64,000 nucleotides of DNA from the human T2T-CHM13v2.0 reference genome, Homo sapiens, in NCBI RefSeq assembly GCF_009914755.1, contig NC_060928.1; one strand, written 5' to 3'. Of the stretch, positions 16,068-28,788 are shown piece by piece. Made by a program: the position numbers and the translations under genes. Under the pieces are notes generated by a model that was not told where the DNA came from, did not search any database, and was given only the letters and a program-made list of their open reading frames with translations. The first letter of the stretch is position 1, and every line of letters starts with the position of its first letter.

Positions 16068-16466
16068 TGACTGAGTCATGGAAATCCTGAAGATAAAGTG
16101 ATCTTACAGAAACTAGAACAAAGTTAAGTAAAACAAGGGTCTCGATAAAAAGCCCAGTCAAAAATGAGTAACTTAAAACACCTGTGTTTTGTCAACAGTG
16201 GCTTGGCAGCTAGAATAGGAAGGACAGAGGAAGTTAAACCCACGCTGGTTTCCAGAAGTCAGCTACAAAAAATGAACCTCTAGGACCAGATGGTTTTATG
16301 GCTTTGGTAAACAATAGATTTGCATAATGCTTCCTCAATAATTCTGTCAGGAAGAGTGCTGAGCTAAAAAACAACGTGCAATTGTGCCTTTTTTGAAAGA
16401 CCAGCTCTCTAAATGGCCAACTGGTAATTAGGAGAATCTAATGCTGAGAAGGACAGAGTATATAAA
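16068..16466. promoter_or_regulatory. Candidate enhancer/promoter motif cluster in unique DNA
   Basis: AP-1 TGAGTCA 16072-16078; GTAAACA (FOX) 16307-16313 overlapping AACAAT (SOX) 16310-16315; octamer ATTTGCAT 16318-16325; TATATAAA 16459-16466. Confidence 0.3.
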
Positions 16467-16722
16467 GGACTATTATCTTGACTAAGTAATTGTAAATGCC
16501 AGTATATTTGGTAGTATTAGGTCTCCACTGGTGGCCACATTATACACTGATTATCAAAGGGGAATGAAGGCGTCTCTGATTTTGGGCACCACCTCCCTAA
16601 AGTTTCTTTGTTTGTTCTGCTTTGTAGCTTCCTTTGACTTTTGTTTCTAAGGCTTGCGGGGGGCTGCCATTTGGTTTCTCTTCAAGAATTAACAAACCAC
16701 TTACTCTTGAATTCTCTTCTAG

Positions 16723-16806
16723 TTAACACAGGCATCACTACTTCCAATTGATCTCAGGATGTGGGATCCTCATACACATTTTGAACAAAATCCTCTGTTT
16801 CAGCAA
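16723..16806 (+). other. Candidate 84-nt exon, phase 0-0, open in one frame
   Basis: Branch-like cttac 16700-16704, acceptor tcttgaattctcttctag|, donor caa|gtgagt; reads LTQASLLPIDLRMWDPHTHFEQNPLFQQ, which I do not recognise. Confidence 0.35.
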
Positions 16807-16947
16807 GTGAGTGAGAAACCTCTTCTAATTCATTTAACCAACTAATTTAATTGGCAACAATTATTTGTACATGTGTTTTCTCCACATGCCAATTTAGATT
16901 TCTACTTTTTAACACCTGAGTCAGAAATGGGCCAGTGGAATAATATA

Positions 16948-17377
16948 CAGATGCTCCTTGACTTACAATGGAATTAACCTCCCAATAAACCCATTGTATG
17001 TTGAAAATATCTTTAAGTTGAAGGTGCATTTAATACATCTAACCGAAAAATATCACAGCTTGCCTACCTCATAGCTCAGCCTACCTTAAACATGCTCTAA
17101 ACACTTATATTAGCCTGCAGTTGGGCAAAATCATCTGGCAACACAGTACGCTGAAGAGTATCAGTTGTTTACCCTCCTAATCCTGTGACTGACAGGGAAC
17201 TGTGGCTCTCTATTGCTGTCCAGTATTGTGAGAGTATCTTAGGATATATTGCTAGTCCAGGAAAAGATCAAAATTCAAAATTTGAAGTAAGGTTTCTAGT
17301 GAATGCATATAGCTTTTTCACCATCCTAAAGTTGAAAAGCTGTTAATTTGAACTATTGTTAAGTCAGGGACTGTCTG
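16948..17377 (+). mobile_element. TcMar-Tigger MITE, MER47B/Tigger5-like
   Basis: TIR-like ends cagatgctccttgacttac and taagtcagggactgtctg, flanked by TA on both sides. Confidence 0.8.
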
Positions 17378-17464
17378 TATCACTAAAATCTACTTTTTCT
17401 ATCCCCAAAACAAAGCAACAATCTTCTATTCATTTTTAAGTTGAATGCTAAAATATTAAAGGGA

Positions 17465-17838
17465 AGGGCTCACAAATTCAAAAGTCTGTAGTACTTAAGT
17501 AGGTAACAGCTAAATGCAGATGTTGAAGTGAGTAAAAACTAGCATTAGGAAATGCTGGGGACCATGGTAAAGTGGAAAATCTGGTCTAAAAATGAGTCAG
17601 CAGCTCTTCCACTCCAAACAATTGGTGCCATGTATTAAAACAGCCCAAGAAATGCCTGATCTCTTGGATTTCCAAGAAAAGTAAAATTAAATAATTCTAT
17701 AAAATCTAAGTTTAATTAAAATATTGATGATTTTTTCAAAATTGGCAATTAAGTTTAAATTTAAAAAATATTGCAAAAGATAAACAAAATACTTCCATGA
17801 GCAGTATTCATCTTACAGAGTACCAGATTGTGAACTCT
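17465..17838 (-). mobile_element. hAT-Charlie relic, MER102-like
   Basis: Degenerate match to recalled MER102 ('caattggtgccatgt', 'aaattggcaattaagtttaaat', 'ccagattgtgaactct'). Confidence 0.5.
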
Positions 17839-17852
17839 ACTATGGTTTTATG

Positions 17853-18174
17853 GCAGTGCTGTCCTACAGAAATACAATGTGAGACATATAGAATTTAAAA
17901 TTTTTCAGTATTTACATTAAAACGTGAAAAGAGACAGATGAAATTGATTTTATAATACTGTAAATATTAAATATTTGATCGAATGCAGCTATCCAAAATA
18001 TTATTTCAACTTATGATCAATTGTTATAAAAATTATTAATGAGATTTTAGATTCTTTGTATTGTTTTGAAATTCAGTATGTATTTTATACATATAGCACA
18101 TTTCAATTTTTACTACCACGTTTCAAATGTTTAATAGCCATATATGACTAGTGGTTCTCTGTTGTACAGCACAG
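17853..18174. mobile_element. hAT-Charlie MER33
   Basis: cagtgctgtcctacagaaatacaatgtgag...aatagccatatatgactagtgg...acagcacag. Confidence 0.75.
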
Positions 18175-19404
18175 CTCTAAGTCTTAGAGTGCCAATTCTC
18201 ATACATACATAAGCAGTGAGCAAGTCCTAGGCTGGGTAGAGTTTCTTGGTCATTAGGCACCAGGGCTGTCCCCTGTTTCTTCCCTTCAAGCTATTGCCAT
18301 TGCTGCAACATCCAGCTGCGGCTGCTTTCCCCAGGAAATAATGTAAGGAATTTTAGTTATTGCCTGGATGAAACCCAATCTTAAATGTCTCTCAGGAAGT
18401 CATTTAATGCATATGACCTTTCATAATATGGTGAAAAATGATAATTCATCATGTGCTAGTATACTTCTAGTACTAGAAGGCTACCATGTCTTGAATTAAA
18501 TTTTGCTATTACTGGATGGTTCTAATTTATAAAGTATTTTGTTCAGAAAAAAGAATTTGCCTGGTTATAGGGATAAGATAAAATTCAAGTGGAGAAAAGA
18601 ATGAGAAGACAAATGTTCATTCAAAACTGAAGGTAATCAATCACAGCAAAATAAGAAAAGCAATAACTTTCCAATCCTGAGCTGTTCAAAGATTAGATGA
18701 ATTTTTTTGAGTTCCTTATATCTGGAGGTATCTAAGCAGTGATTAATTGATGAGATTATTGTAGCATGTTAAATGTGTAACTGGATGAGTTTTTCTGCTC
18801 TGAGCTTTGTAATAGGTATAATAATAACAGCTATGTGATACACATATATGTGCATATATATTTTCAAAGTGTAGGTAAATATTATGATAATTTATGTTTT
18901 ATTTTGAAATTTAAAATGCCATCATGTTATGTTAATCTGCATTTTTATTTTACCAGTGAAATTGAACATATTTGTATATTTTTAGCAATTTAGATTTTCC
19001 CTCTTGTAAAATGCTGGTTCATATTCTTTTCCCATTTTCTTATCATGTATTTTTCCTTTTATTATTAACTTGTATGTAATTCAGATACAAGTAACTATGG
19101 GTTAAATGTGTTGTACATATGTTCTCCACTTTTTGTCTTGTGTTTTTACTCATTTTAGGTGTCATTTGAAAAACAAAGTTCTTAATTTTAATTTAGTCCA
19201 GATTATCAACCTTTGTCTTTTATGAATATTGCTTTTTGTACTTGTTTAAGAAATGTTTCCCTACCTCGAAGTTATGAAGATATAGCCTATATTAATATTT
19301 TATTTGTTAATTATGTGTTTTTATTTGCTTTTTACCCCTAGGGAATTCATATTTGCATATGGTGAAGGTAAGAATCCATTAAATAAAATAATGAGAGGAC
19401 ATTA

Positions 19405-19610
19405 TTTTGGAGTGAGCTCATACACTGGGCCCGAACAAACCAAACCAAAATGGAGTCACATGTGCAAAGTGCCACATAATGAAACTGGCACTTTAAGGAA
19501 GCAGAAAAATTTGCAAACAGACCATTTTTTCTTAAAAGTAAGAGATTTACAATAACCAATTGGAAAGGGATTGTCAACCTGAGCTGGAATTAAAGAAAGT
19601 CTCTCCATGT
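19405..19610 (+). mobile_element. LTR37-like (ERV1) LTR fragment
   Basis: 'gtgagctcatacactgggcc...accaaaccaaaatggagtcac...gccacataatgaaactggcactttaaggaagcag'. Confidence 0.6.
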
Positions 19611-21416
19611 TCTTAGTTTGTTGAGAATTTATATCATGGAACAAAGTTAAATTTTATCTTTTCTGTCATGTAATGATAAGACTTTGATTTTCCTCTGCTT
19701 CCCTGTGGATATGGTAAATTGCATTAATTGATTAGTCACAATATATTTAATAGTATCCTTTTCTATATTTTCTATATTTCTGGATTTCTTGTTTAGAAAA
19801 TTTTTAATCCACTTTCATTAATTGGTTTGTAATTTCCCTTTTTCTTCCTGCCATTTCTGAAATTTGAGTTTGAAATTACGCTAACACTAAAATATGAAGT
19901 TATGCTAATACTGAGAGATTGTTAACTCATTTTCTGCTTTTCAGATGAATTTATGTAGAATTGGAATTCTTTTTAAAAAACATTTTATTTTGAAATAATT
20001 TCAAGCTTACAGAGAAATTGTCAGAGTAGAACAGAGAAATTCTCTATATGCTTCACTCAATTTCAGTTCCACTTATTGTGAATATATTGTCACAGTAGCT
20101 TTATCTACTTTTTCTTGAATTATTTAACAATAAGTTATAGATACTGTGTCCCACTACTCCTAAAAATTTTATTACATATTTTACAAGAGGAGCATTTTGT
20201 TACATCACTATAGTACAGTTAGCAAAATTAGACAAATCAATATTGATAAAACGCTTTTGTCTAATATATAGTCGATTATCAAATTTAGTCAATTATCCCA
20301 ATAATGTCCTGCATAATATTTTTTCCCTGATTCAGTATCCAAACCAGTATCATGAACTGCATTTAGTGATTACATCCCTTTAGTCTCCGTAATCAAGAAC
20401 AGTTTTTTAGATTTTCTTGGCATTTTTTAACATTGACATTGTAAATGGGATAGTTTTCTTGATTTCTTTTTCAGATAAATTGTTGTAAGTGTAAAGAAAT
20501 GCTACACATTTTCCACGTTGATTTTGTATTTTGCTACTTTACTGAACTAATTTATTAGTTCTGACAGTCTGTGTGTGGACGTAGGTGGAGACTTACAGAG
20601 TTTTCTACATACAGGATTATGTCATCTGCAAATGGATAATTTTACTTCTTCCTTTCTGATTTGGATGTCTTTTATTTCTATTTCTTGTCTGATTGCTCTT
20701 GCTAGTGCTTCCAGTACTGTGCTGATTAGAAATTGTGAGAGTGGGCATCCTTGCCTTGTACCAGATCTTAGATGAAAAGCTTTCAGTTTTCTGTAATTTA
20801 TTATGATGTAAACTGTGAAATTGTTCATAAATGGACTTCATTATGTTGTGAAAAATTTCTTCTATACATATTTCATTGAGAATATTTTTTAATCATAAAA
20901 GGATATTGAACTTTAGCAAATGATTTTTCTGAGTCTATTGAGATAATCATATTATTTTTATCTTTCATTTTGTTAATGTGGTGTAGCATATCAGTTAGTT
21001 TGCATACATTAAACCAACCCTGCATCCCAAGGATAAATCCCATTTGTTCATGATATATAATCTTTTTGCTGTGTTGTTCATTTTGGTTTGCTAGCATTTT
21101 ATTGAGGATTTTTGCATCAGTGTCCATCCAAGGTACTGGCCTGCAGTTTTCTTTTCTTGTGATGTCTTCCTCTGGCTCTGGGATCAGGATGATTCTGACC
21201 TCATAAAATATAAATGATTTGTAGAATTCAGTTCTGACATCATATTTTCCTGGGCATTTCTGTTTTGAGAAGTTTTTGATTACTAATTCTGTCTCTTGTT
21301 ATTGGTGGGTTCAGGCTATTTCTTTTTGATTCAGTCTTGGTAGTTTGTACGTTTCTAGGAATTTGTCCATTTACTCTGGGTTAATCAGTTTTTTGTTATA
21401 TGATTCTCCATAATAG

Positions 21417-21722
<306 letters not shown>

Positions 21723-22030
21723 GCATAGTATAGTCCGTTATGAACTGTTTTATTTCTGAGGCATCTGTTGTAATGTATTTACTTTCCTTTCAGATTTTTT
21801 TAATTTATGTCTTCTCTCTTTTGTTCTTAGTCTAATTAGGGGTTTGTTGATTTTGTTTCCTTTGGCAAAAACCAACTCAGTTTAAAAAATTATTTTGTAT
21901 AGTTTTAAAATTCTTTATTTGATTTACTTGTCTATAATCTTCATTATTTTCTTTCTTTTGATAAATTTGGGTTTATTTTGTTATTTTTTTCTGGTTCCCT
22001 GAAGTGTAAATTTAGGTTGTTTATTTCAAA

Positions 22031-22256
22031 TTCTTCTCCTTCTCCTCCTCCTCCTGCTCCTCCTCCTCCTCCTCCTTCTCCTTCTCCTTTTCCTTCTTCT
22101 TTATTTTTTTTTTTTAGATGGGTTCTCACTCTGTCACCCAGGCCGAAGTGCACACAATCATAGCTCACTGCAGCCTCGAACTCCTGGGCTCAAACTATTC
22201 TCCTGCCTTAATCTCTTGAGTAGCTGGGATTACAGGCACGAGCCACTGTGTCTGGA
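22031..22256 (-). mobile_element. AluJ/FRAM monomer (22100-22256) with adjoining (CCT/CTCCTT)n tract
   Basis: 'atcatagctcactgcagcctcgaactcctgggctcaa' preceded by a pyrimidine microsatellite. Confidence 0.8.
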
Positions 22257-22658
22257 TTTTCTTCTTTTTGGTGTAAGCATTTGTTGCTATAAAATTTATT
22301 CTTAATATAACTGCTTTTGCTGCATCCCATAAGTTTTGGGAAGTAGTGTTTTTATTTTAATTTATCTCAAGAAATTTTAAAAATTTCTTTTTGATTTCCT
22401 CTTTGACTTGGGGGTTGTTCAAGAGTGTGCTATTTAGTTTCTACATATTCTGTGAATTTTCCTATTTTCTCACTGTTATTAATTTCTAATTTCAATCCCC
22501 TTAAATTTGTTAAGATTTGTTTTGTGGGTTAACATTTATTGTATCTTGGAAACTATTTCATGTATACTTGAGATGAATGTATATTTTCTTCTTTTTGCTT
22601 AGCAAGTCAAAACACTAACCAAAAAAATGTAAATGCAGGTTCAAAATTCTTTATCTTA

Positions 22659-22840
<182 letters not shown>

Positions 22841-22849
22841 CTTATTTAC

Positions 22850-23985
22850 AGGTTTTACTACTGATAAAACCTTGCTAATTTATGGCACATGTCTTAATCC
22901 AGCAGGCCATGTATCATGACTGTTTCCTATAGCCAAAAACAAGGGTTTGACATTGAAGTAGCCACTCTTGTGATGAAATCTAACAATGAGTTTTAAGAAA
23001 TTTTACTTCCGTCATCATGCCCTTAAGCACCGTGGATGTGGAGTAACTAATACTTAAGGAAATAATGATTTTGAAGTATTGGAAGCTTCTGGCCGTTTTT
23101 AGACTTTTATTCCATTTCATTAATGGTCATCCAAGGTATGGCCATACAGTAATTTGGTACCAAGTATTGGGAGAAATTGGGTTGTTAACATACACTGGAA
23201 GAAGAAGGACTATGTCTGGAACCTTGGAGTTTCACTAGGGTACCTCATTTTACTCCCTTGCTTAATAGTCCTGGTCAAGGCCAGGCACGGTGGCTCACGT
23301 CTATAATCCCAGCACTTTGGGAGGCTGAGGCAGGCGGATCATGAGGTCAGGATTTCGAGACCAGCCTGACCAACATGGTGAAACCCTGCCTCTACTAAAA
23401 ATACAAAAATTACCCAGGCGTGGTGGCACGCACCTGTAGTCCCAGCTACTTGGGAGGCTGAGGCAGGAAAATCACTTGAACCTGGAGGTGGAGGTTCTTG
23501 GCAGTGAGCCAAGATTGTGCCATTTCACTCCAGCCTGAGTGACAGAGTGAGACTCCCTCTCAAAAAAAAAAAAAAAAAAAAAATAGTCCTGGTCAAGAGA
23601 ACACTGCATCATTCCAATAAGGTCAAGACAACCAAGGACTAAATTCTATAATAATGGAAATTTGAGTCACCCTACTCAGCATAAAATCTGTCCAGTCAAG
23701 TTTCTTGACATCATACTTGGTAATGGGAAGAATAATACAAGTATACAGCTTTCAATAACCATTTATGTCTTATGGAAACAGTAGCAGTTATATTTAGGTT
23801 ACATAATCTTTTTTATTCCCTTCTATTCTCCATCTCATATCAAGAACACTGACTGGTTAGAAATTTTAAGTTTCAGGTGGGCATATGACAAAATTGACAT
23901 TACTCAATGATGGTATGATAGCAGATGGGATTTTATATGTCCCTTGAATTGCTGATGTCATCTTTATACATGGATGAAGGACACT
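22850..23985 (+). mobile_element. Degenerate ERVL internal region (ERV3-16A3/ERVL-E-like), interrupted by an Alu
   Basis: 'gagaaattgggttgttaacatacactggaagaagaaggactatgtctggaacc...cactagggtacctcattttactcccttgc' resembles ERVL post-integrase sequence and directly precedes an LTR33-like LTR. Confidence 0.5.
23279..23581 (+). mobile_element. AluS (Sg-like)
   Basis: Full dimer; 15-bp TSD aatagtcctggtcaa (23264-23278 and 23582-23596). Confidence 0.93.
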
Positions 23986-24459
23986 AGTGGATGTTCTTCC
24001 TTTTGCCCATACCCTCTCTGCACTATATCCACTTTTTTAATGCCCATGTAGTCTGATACCTGTGAGTTACATAAGCAGGGTTCCTTGCCCTCTGGATTCC
24101 AGTTAGCTCTAGAAGGAGATCTGAAGGAGGAGGAATAAGAGCTAGGGTACTTATTTATTTGGATCCCTTTCTATGAGGTCATCGTAGTCCACCTGTGTCT
24201 TCACAGAAAGGCAATTCTCCTTTCCCAATGCTTTCTTACATGGTGCTCTCTTCCAGGTTGGGCTGACTGCTCCATCTCTCAAATCTCTAGATGTAGGGGG
24301 AGTCCCAACCACATCAGCACTAGGCTTGGTACTGAATTATTCCTTTTGGTTTCCCTACACCCTCTCCACACCATTGTAAGTATTTTTTTGTTAAACATTT
24401 CTGAAGTTAGCTTTATTTGAGTTTGTCATTTGTTTTCTTCTGGGATTCTGACTGATACA
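23986..24459 (+). mobile_element. LTR33-like ERVL LTR (probable 3' LTR of the remnant above)
   Basis: 'gggttccttgccctctggattccagttag' and end 'ttcttctgggattctgactgataca'. Confidence 0.65.
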
Positions 24460-25742
24460 TACTGTGAAAAGTATTCACTTCATTGTCTCTCATTCACCCA
24501 ATTCTTATACCTACTCTATTGTAACCATTAAAATTACTTTTGTGTTACAGTTTCTTGGATATCTGTCTGGAATCTCTTCAAACATAATTCAAACAAATGG
24601 GAATATATATTCTTATTTTCCCCATTTAAGTAAAAGTTTAAAAAGCTATATATAATGTTCTGTACTCTTTTTCACTTTAAAAATCTTTAAGGTCCCATAT
24701 GAGTTCATAGTTCCATTTTATACCTGCTTAGTATGACAATATATAAATGTTCTGTAAATTACAAAATCAGTCCCTGTTGATGGTAATTCTTTTTCCAAAA
24801 CTTTTGCTATGGCACACAATGTTTCAGTGAATCATTATTATGTATCATTTCACATATAGCCTAGTATTTACAATGGATAAATGCCTAAAAATGGAATTGC
24901 TGAGTTAAATGGTATAAGCTTTTGATAACAAAACTACCTCCACTGCATTTGTTCCATTTTGTACTTGTGATTTCTTTATTTCTTTAGTTTTTCAGCTCTG
25001 TTACATAGACTTACTGCTGAGAAGTACTGACCTAGGGCCTCTCAGTCACTGCATAATGTAGTGGTCTGGTTTTCTGTGACTTTAAGAGACCATTCTCTAC
25101 CCCATTTACTAGAGAGAAGATTGTCTGTACGTTCTAAGCTGATGGAGGCTGCTCTTCAATAGCAAATATTTCTTCAGAAAATGTTAAATGCTTTTAAAAA
25201 TGGTCTCCTTGTCTTGCAGAATGGAAAACAAAGAGGTCCTGTACTCCTCATTTCTTATTTATATTAATTTTAATAATGTTATATGAAGAGTGGTTTTATT
25301 AATAATGTTATTTATTTCCTAATGTAATATCTTTTTGTGGGCCCTTTGTAGGCTCTAATTTGCCACACTTAAACTCTCCTAAGTCTTGCAATGACTAGAC
25401 ATATTTTCAGCTAAGTTATTATTAAATGACTGCCATATAATTGTACATATGTGATGCCCGCTCACTATATACTTATTAGAATAATATATTTACTTGAAAC
25501 TTAGGTTATAAAGCTTGGTATCTTGCCTTGATGAAGGCAATTTTTGCAACCGTCTTACAGAATTATGCTGAAGATTCAGGTTGATGTGTTTAGAGGTATA
25601 AGAAGCCCTGATAATTACCTCTCTGGGCTTTCTGCAGCCTGACAGGGCCTCTCTCTGAACTAACTGGCAGACCCATAACCCAGGCACATTTACTCATCTC
25701 CCAGTCTGACAGTGCTTGTTATTCTTTACTTGGAAAAAATAT

Positions 25743-26118
25743 TTTCATGGTTTGAATATCCCCAAATTTATGTACTGAAACTTAATCACCAATGTGATAG
25801 TATTAAAGTATGGGGCCTTTAGGAGGTAATTAAGTCATGTGGGCAGAGCCCCTGTGAATGGGGATTAAGGCCCTTATAAAAGTGGCCTCACATAGAGTTA
25901 GGCCTTTTTAATACTTCCATCCATTCTGCCAGGTAAGGACACAGCATTCAAAGTGCTACCATGAAAGGAGAGACCTGGCCCTCACCAGACATCAAACCTG
26001 CTGGCACCTTAATCTTGAACTTCTTAGCCTATAAAACTGTTAAGAGAGTAAATTTTTATTATTTATAATTACCCAGTCTCAGGTGTTTTGTTATAGCAGC
26101 ATGAAAGGACTAAGACAG
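25743..26118 (+). mobile_element. MaLR LTR, MSTC/MSTD-like
   Basis: 'gaaacttaatcaccaatgtgatagtattaa...ccctcaccagacatcaaacctgctggcacctt...gttatagcagcatgaaaggactaagaca'. Confidence 0.8.
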
Positions 26119-26250
26119 CTTTCTTTTGTCTTGTTGCAGGAAATGTTTAACTTCCATAAGTCTTAAGAGCTAGAGAAAGCTTTTTCACAAAGACCCAATC
26201 CAAGTCCTCTGCAGAATTACAACTTCTCTCTAGGGTTTGTTAGATGAAGG

Positions 26251-27206
26251 TGTTAAATGAAAAAAGTCCCATAATTAATACAATTAGAAAGGGGAGGAGA
26301 CCTTATTTCTGGGAAAGGATTGCAGCCTACAAGGTGGCCATCCTGCAGGCTGGGAAGCACAGCCTCTAGCAAAGACCAGAGACAGGCACTTTGAGGGAGG
26401 AGAGGCTGGGTTGGGAGCTTTATGCTGAACAGGTTGGCTAAACATACCTATTCAACAGGTTATAGAAGGAGCTATGAATATTCATGAAGGTGGTCCTGAC
26501 ACATGAGTGTTAAAAAACGTGCATGTAACATATGACCTATGTTCACTTTGGGGTGGAGACATAGCATTTAAATGTATTACAATTAGACCTATATGTCAAA
26601 AGGTCTTTTCAGGACACAAAGGCATGCAAGTGCACAGTCTCTGTAAACCAGCCAGAACCAGTTCATCGTTGGTGGTCTACTTATCAGGAGAAAGTTACTG
26701 AAATCAGTCTCTTGTTCAATCCAAGCTATAATTATGGCTGGTGAAACAAAGGGCCAGTTAGCATCTGATGTAGCTGCAAATTGTTTTAATATTGCTAATC
26801 TTAAGGCCAGTGCTTGTTTAGCTACTAGAAAAACAAAACAAAACAACAACAAAAACCTCATGGCAGTTAGAACATAGTCTGTTCTGTAAGTATAGGGGTG
26901 CATGACTTAACCCTTGCCTGGAATGGCCTTAGGTCTTATAGTTTGGTATCTTATTTCCAGAAGAGTCTGTTCTGTCCATCTTATGATCTCTATTGTAACA
27001 TTAGATTTGGTCAGTTGTGTCAGTTGTGTCTAAACCACAAAAGGAAAAGGGTGTAATGAGTTGGACATGTAATGAGGGTGTAATCTGTCCAACTCTCCAT
27101 TCCATCATGACTGGGAAATCAATTTTTAAGGTTTCCTGGGGTCCCTTTGGCCATGAGGGTGTCCATTCAGTGGGTGGAGGGCTTAGGATTTTATTTTTAG
27201 CTTATA
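26251..27206 (-). mobile_element. Solo ERV1 LTR, MER4-group (MER49/MER4D-like)
   Basis: Minus-strand start 'ataagctaaaaataaaatcctaagccc' and end '...taaca'; typical 'aggagctatgaatattcatgaaggtgg' core; near-TSD aagg/aagt. Confidence 0.75.
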
Positions 27207-27359
27207 AAGTCAAGACATAATGTTAGTGTCACTACACTACTGTTTGACAAAAGTCCTGCCCATAAGGAAGTATTAATTTTTGTGTGAAGTTTTCACTTAA
27301 CACAAAGTATAGGAAGTGAGAATGCCAGAGTGGATAAATTCTCCATGAATTTTGGCTGA

Positions 27360-27727
<368 letters not shown>

Positions 27728-28135
27728 TAAATACAGAATCTTTTTTTAGAGACTACTTAGATTTTGGTAATTAAATTTAATAACATTTGTAGGACACTAA
27801 TATTTTCTAATAAAAGTGGAATGATTTTGTAAGTACTCGTATTGTGTTTAGAAGCAATAATAACTTGACATGGAAAGTAAATTGAATCAGATCAAAATAA
27901 AATGGATTCAGTAAATAAATTTCTTCTGAAATTAGCATCCTAAAGGTTAAATGGCAACTTATTATAATGAAGACCGCCACAAAAAGAACATTGCCAACAT
28001 TGCTATATTATTAGGTAATTAATAGTGACAAGTCACAAATTTTACTTGCTAGACTGTTCTTTTGCACAGATTCCTCATTTGAGTTGTCAATGTTATATGC
28101 AGTAAGGTTTTTTACTCCTTTACTTATTCCATATA

Positions 28136-28788
28136 AAGTCGTCCCTCAGTATTCATGGAAGTTGGTTCCAAGACCCTGGCAAATATCAAAATTTGCAGAT
28201 GCTCAAGTCCCTTACACAAAACAGTGTAGCATTTTCATGTAATCTATGCAGGTCCTCCCATATATGTAAAATCTCAGATTACTTGTAATACTATGTAAAT
28301 ACTATGTAAATAGTTGTTATACTGTACTGTTTAGGGCTGTGGACCCAAAACTTTTTGGTACTGGGGATGGTTTCATGGAAGAGAATTTTTCCACAGACAG
28401 GGTGGCATGGCGGGTCTGGAATGAAACTGTTCCACCTTCATATCAGGCATTAGTTATATTCTCATAAGGAGTGTGCAAGCTAGATCCCTTGCATGTGCAG
28501 TTCACAATAGGTTTCACACTTATATGAGAAACTAATGTTGCACTGGCAGAGCCCAGGTGGTAATGCTTGTCACCTGCCACTTACCCCTTGCTATGCAGCC
28601 CAGTTCCTAACAGGCCATGGACCAGTACCGGTCTGCAGCCTAGGGTTTGGGGACCCCTGGTTTAGGGAATAATGACAAGAAAAAAAAATGTTCTTACATG
28701 TTCAGTACAGACACAACCATCCCACAGTTTCCATTTGTGGTTGCTTGAATTTATGGATGCACAACTTGTGAATACTGAAGGCTGACTG
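28136..28788 (+). mobile_element. MER2 (TcMar-Tigger) interrupted by MER1B
   Basis: Ends agtcgtccctcagtattc and gaatactgaaggctgactg; internal 'gatgctcaagtccctta' and 'gtttagggaataatgacaag'. Confidence 0.82.
28337..28659. mobile_element. MER1B (hAT-Charlie)
   Basis: 'ggtttcatggaagagaatttttccac...ttcctaacaggcca...tttggggacccctg'; perfect 8-bp TSD gtttaggg (28329-28336 and 28660-28667). Confidence 0.87.

Noticed and set aside
21944-22168. Poly-Gly and poly-Pro ORFs
   Set aside because: Translation of a (CCT)n microsatellite beside an Alu tail.
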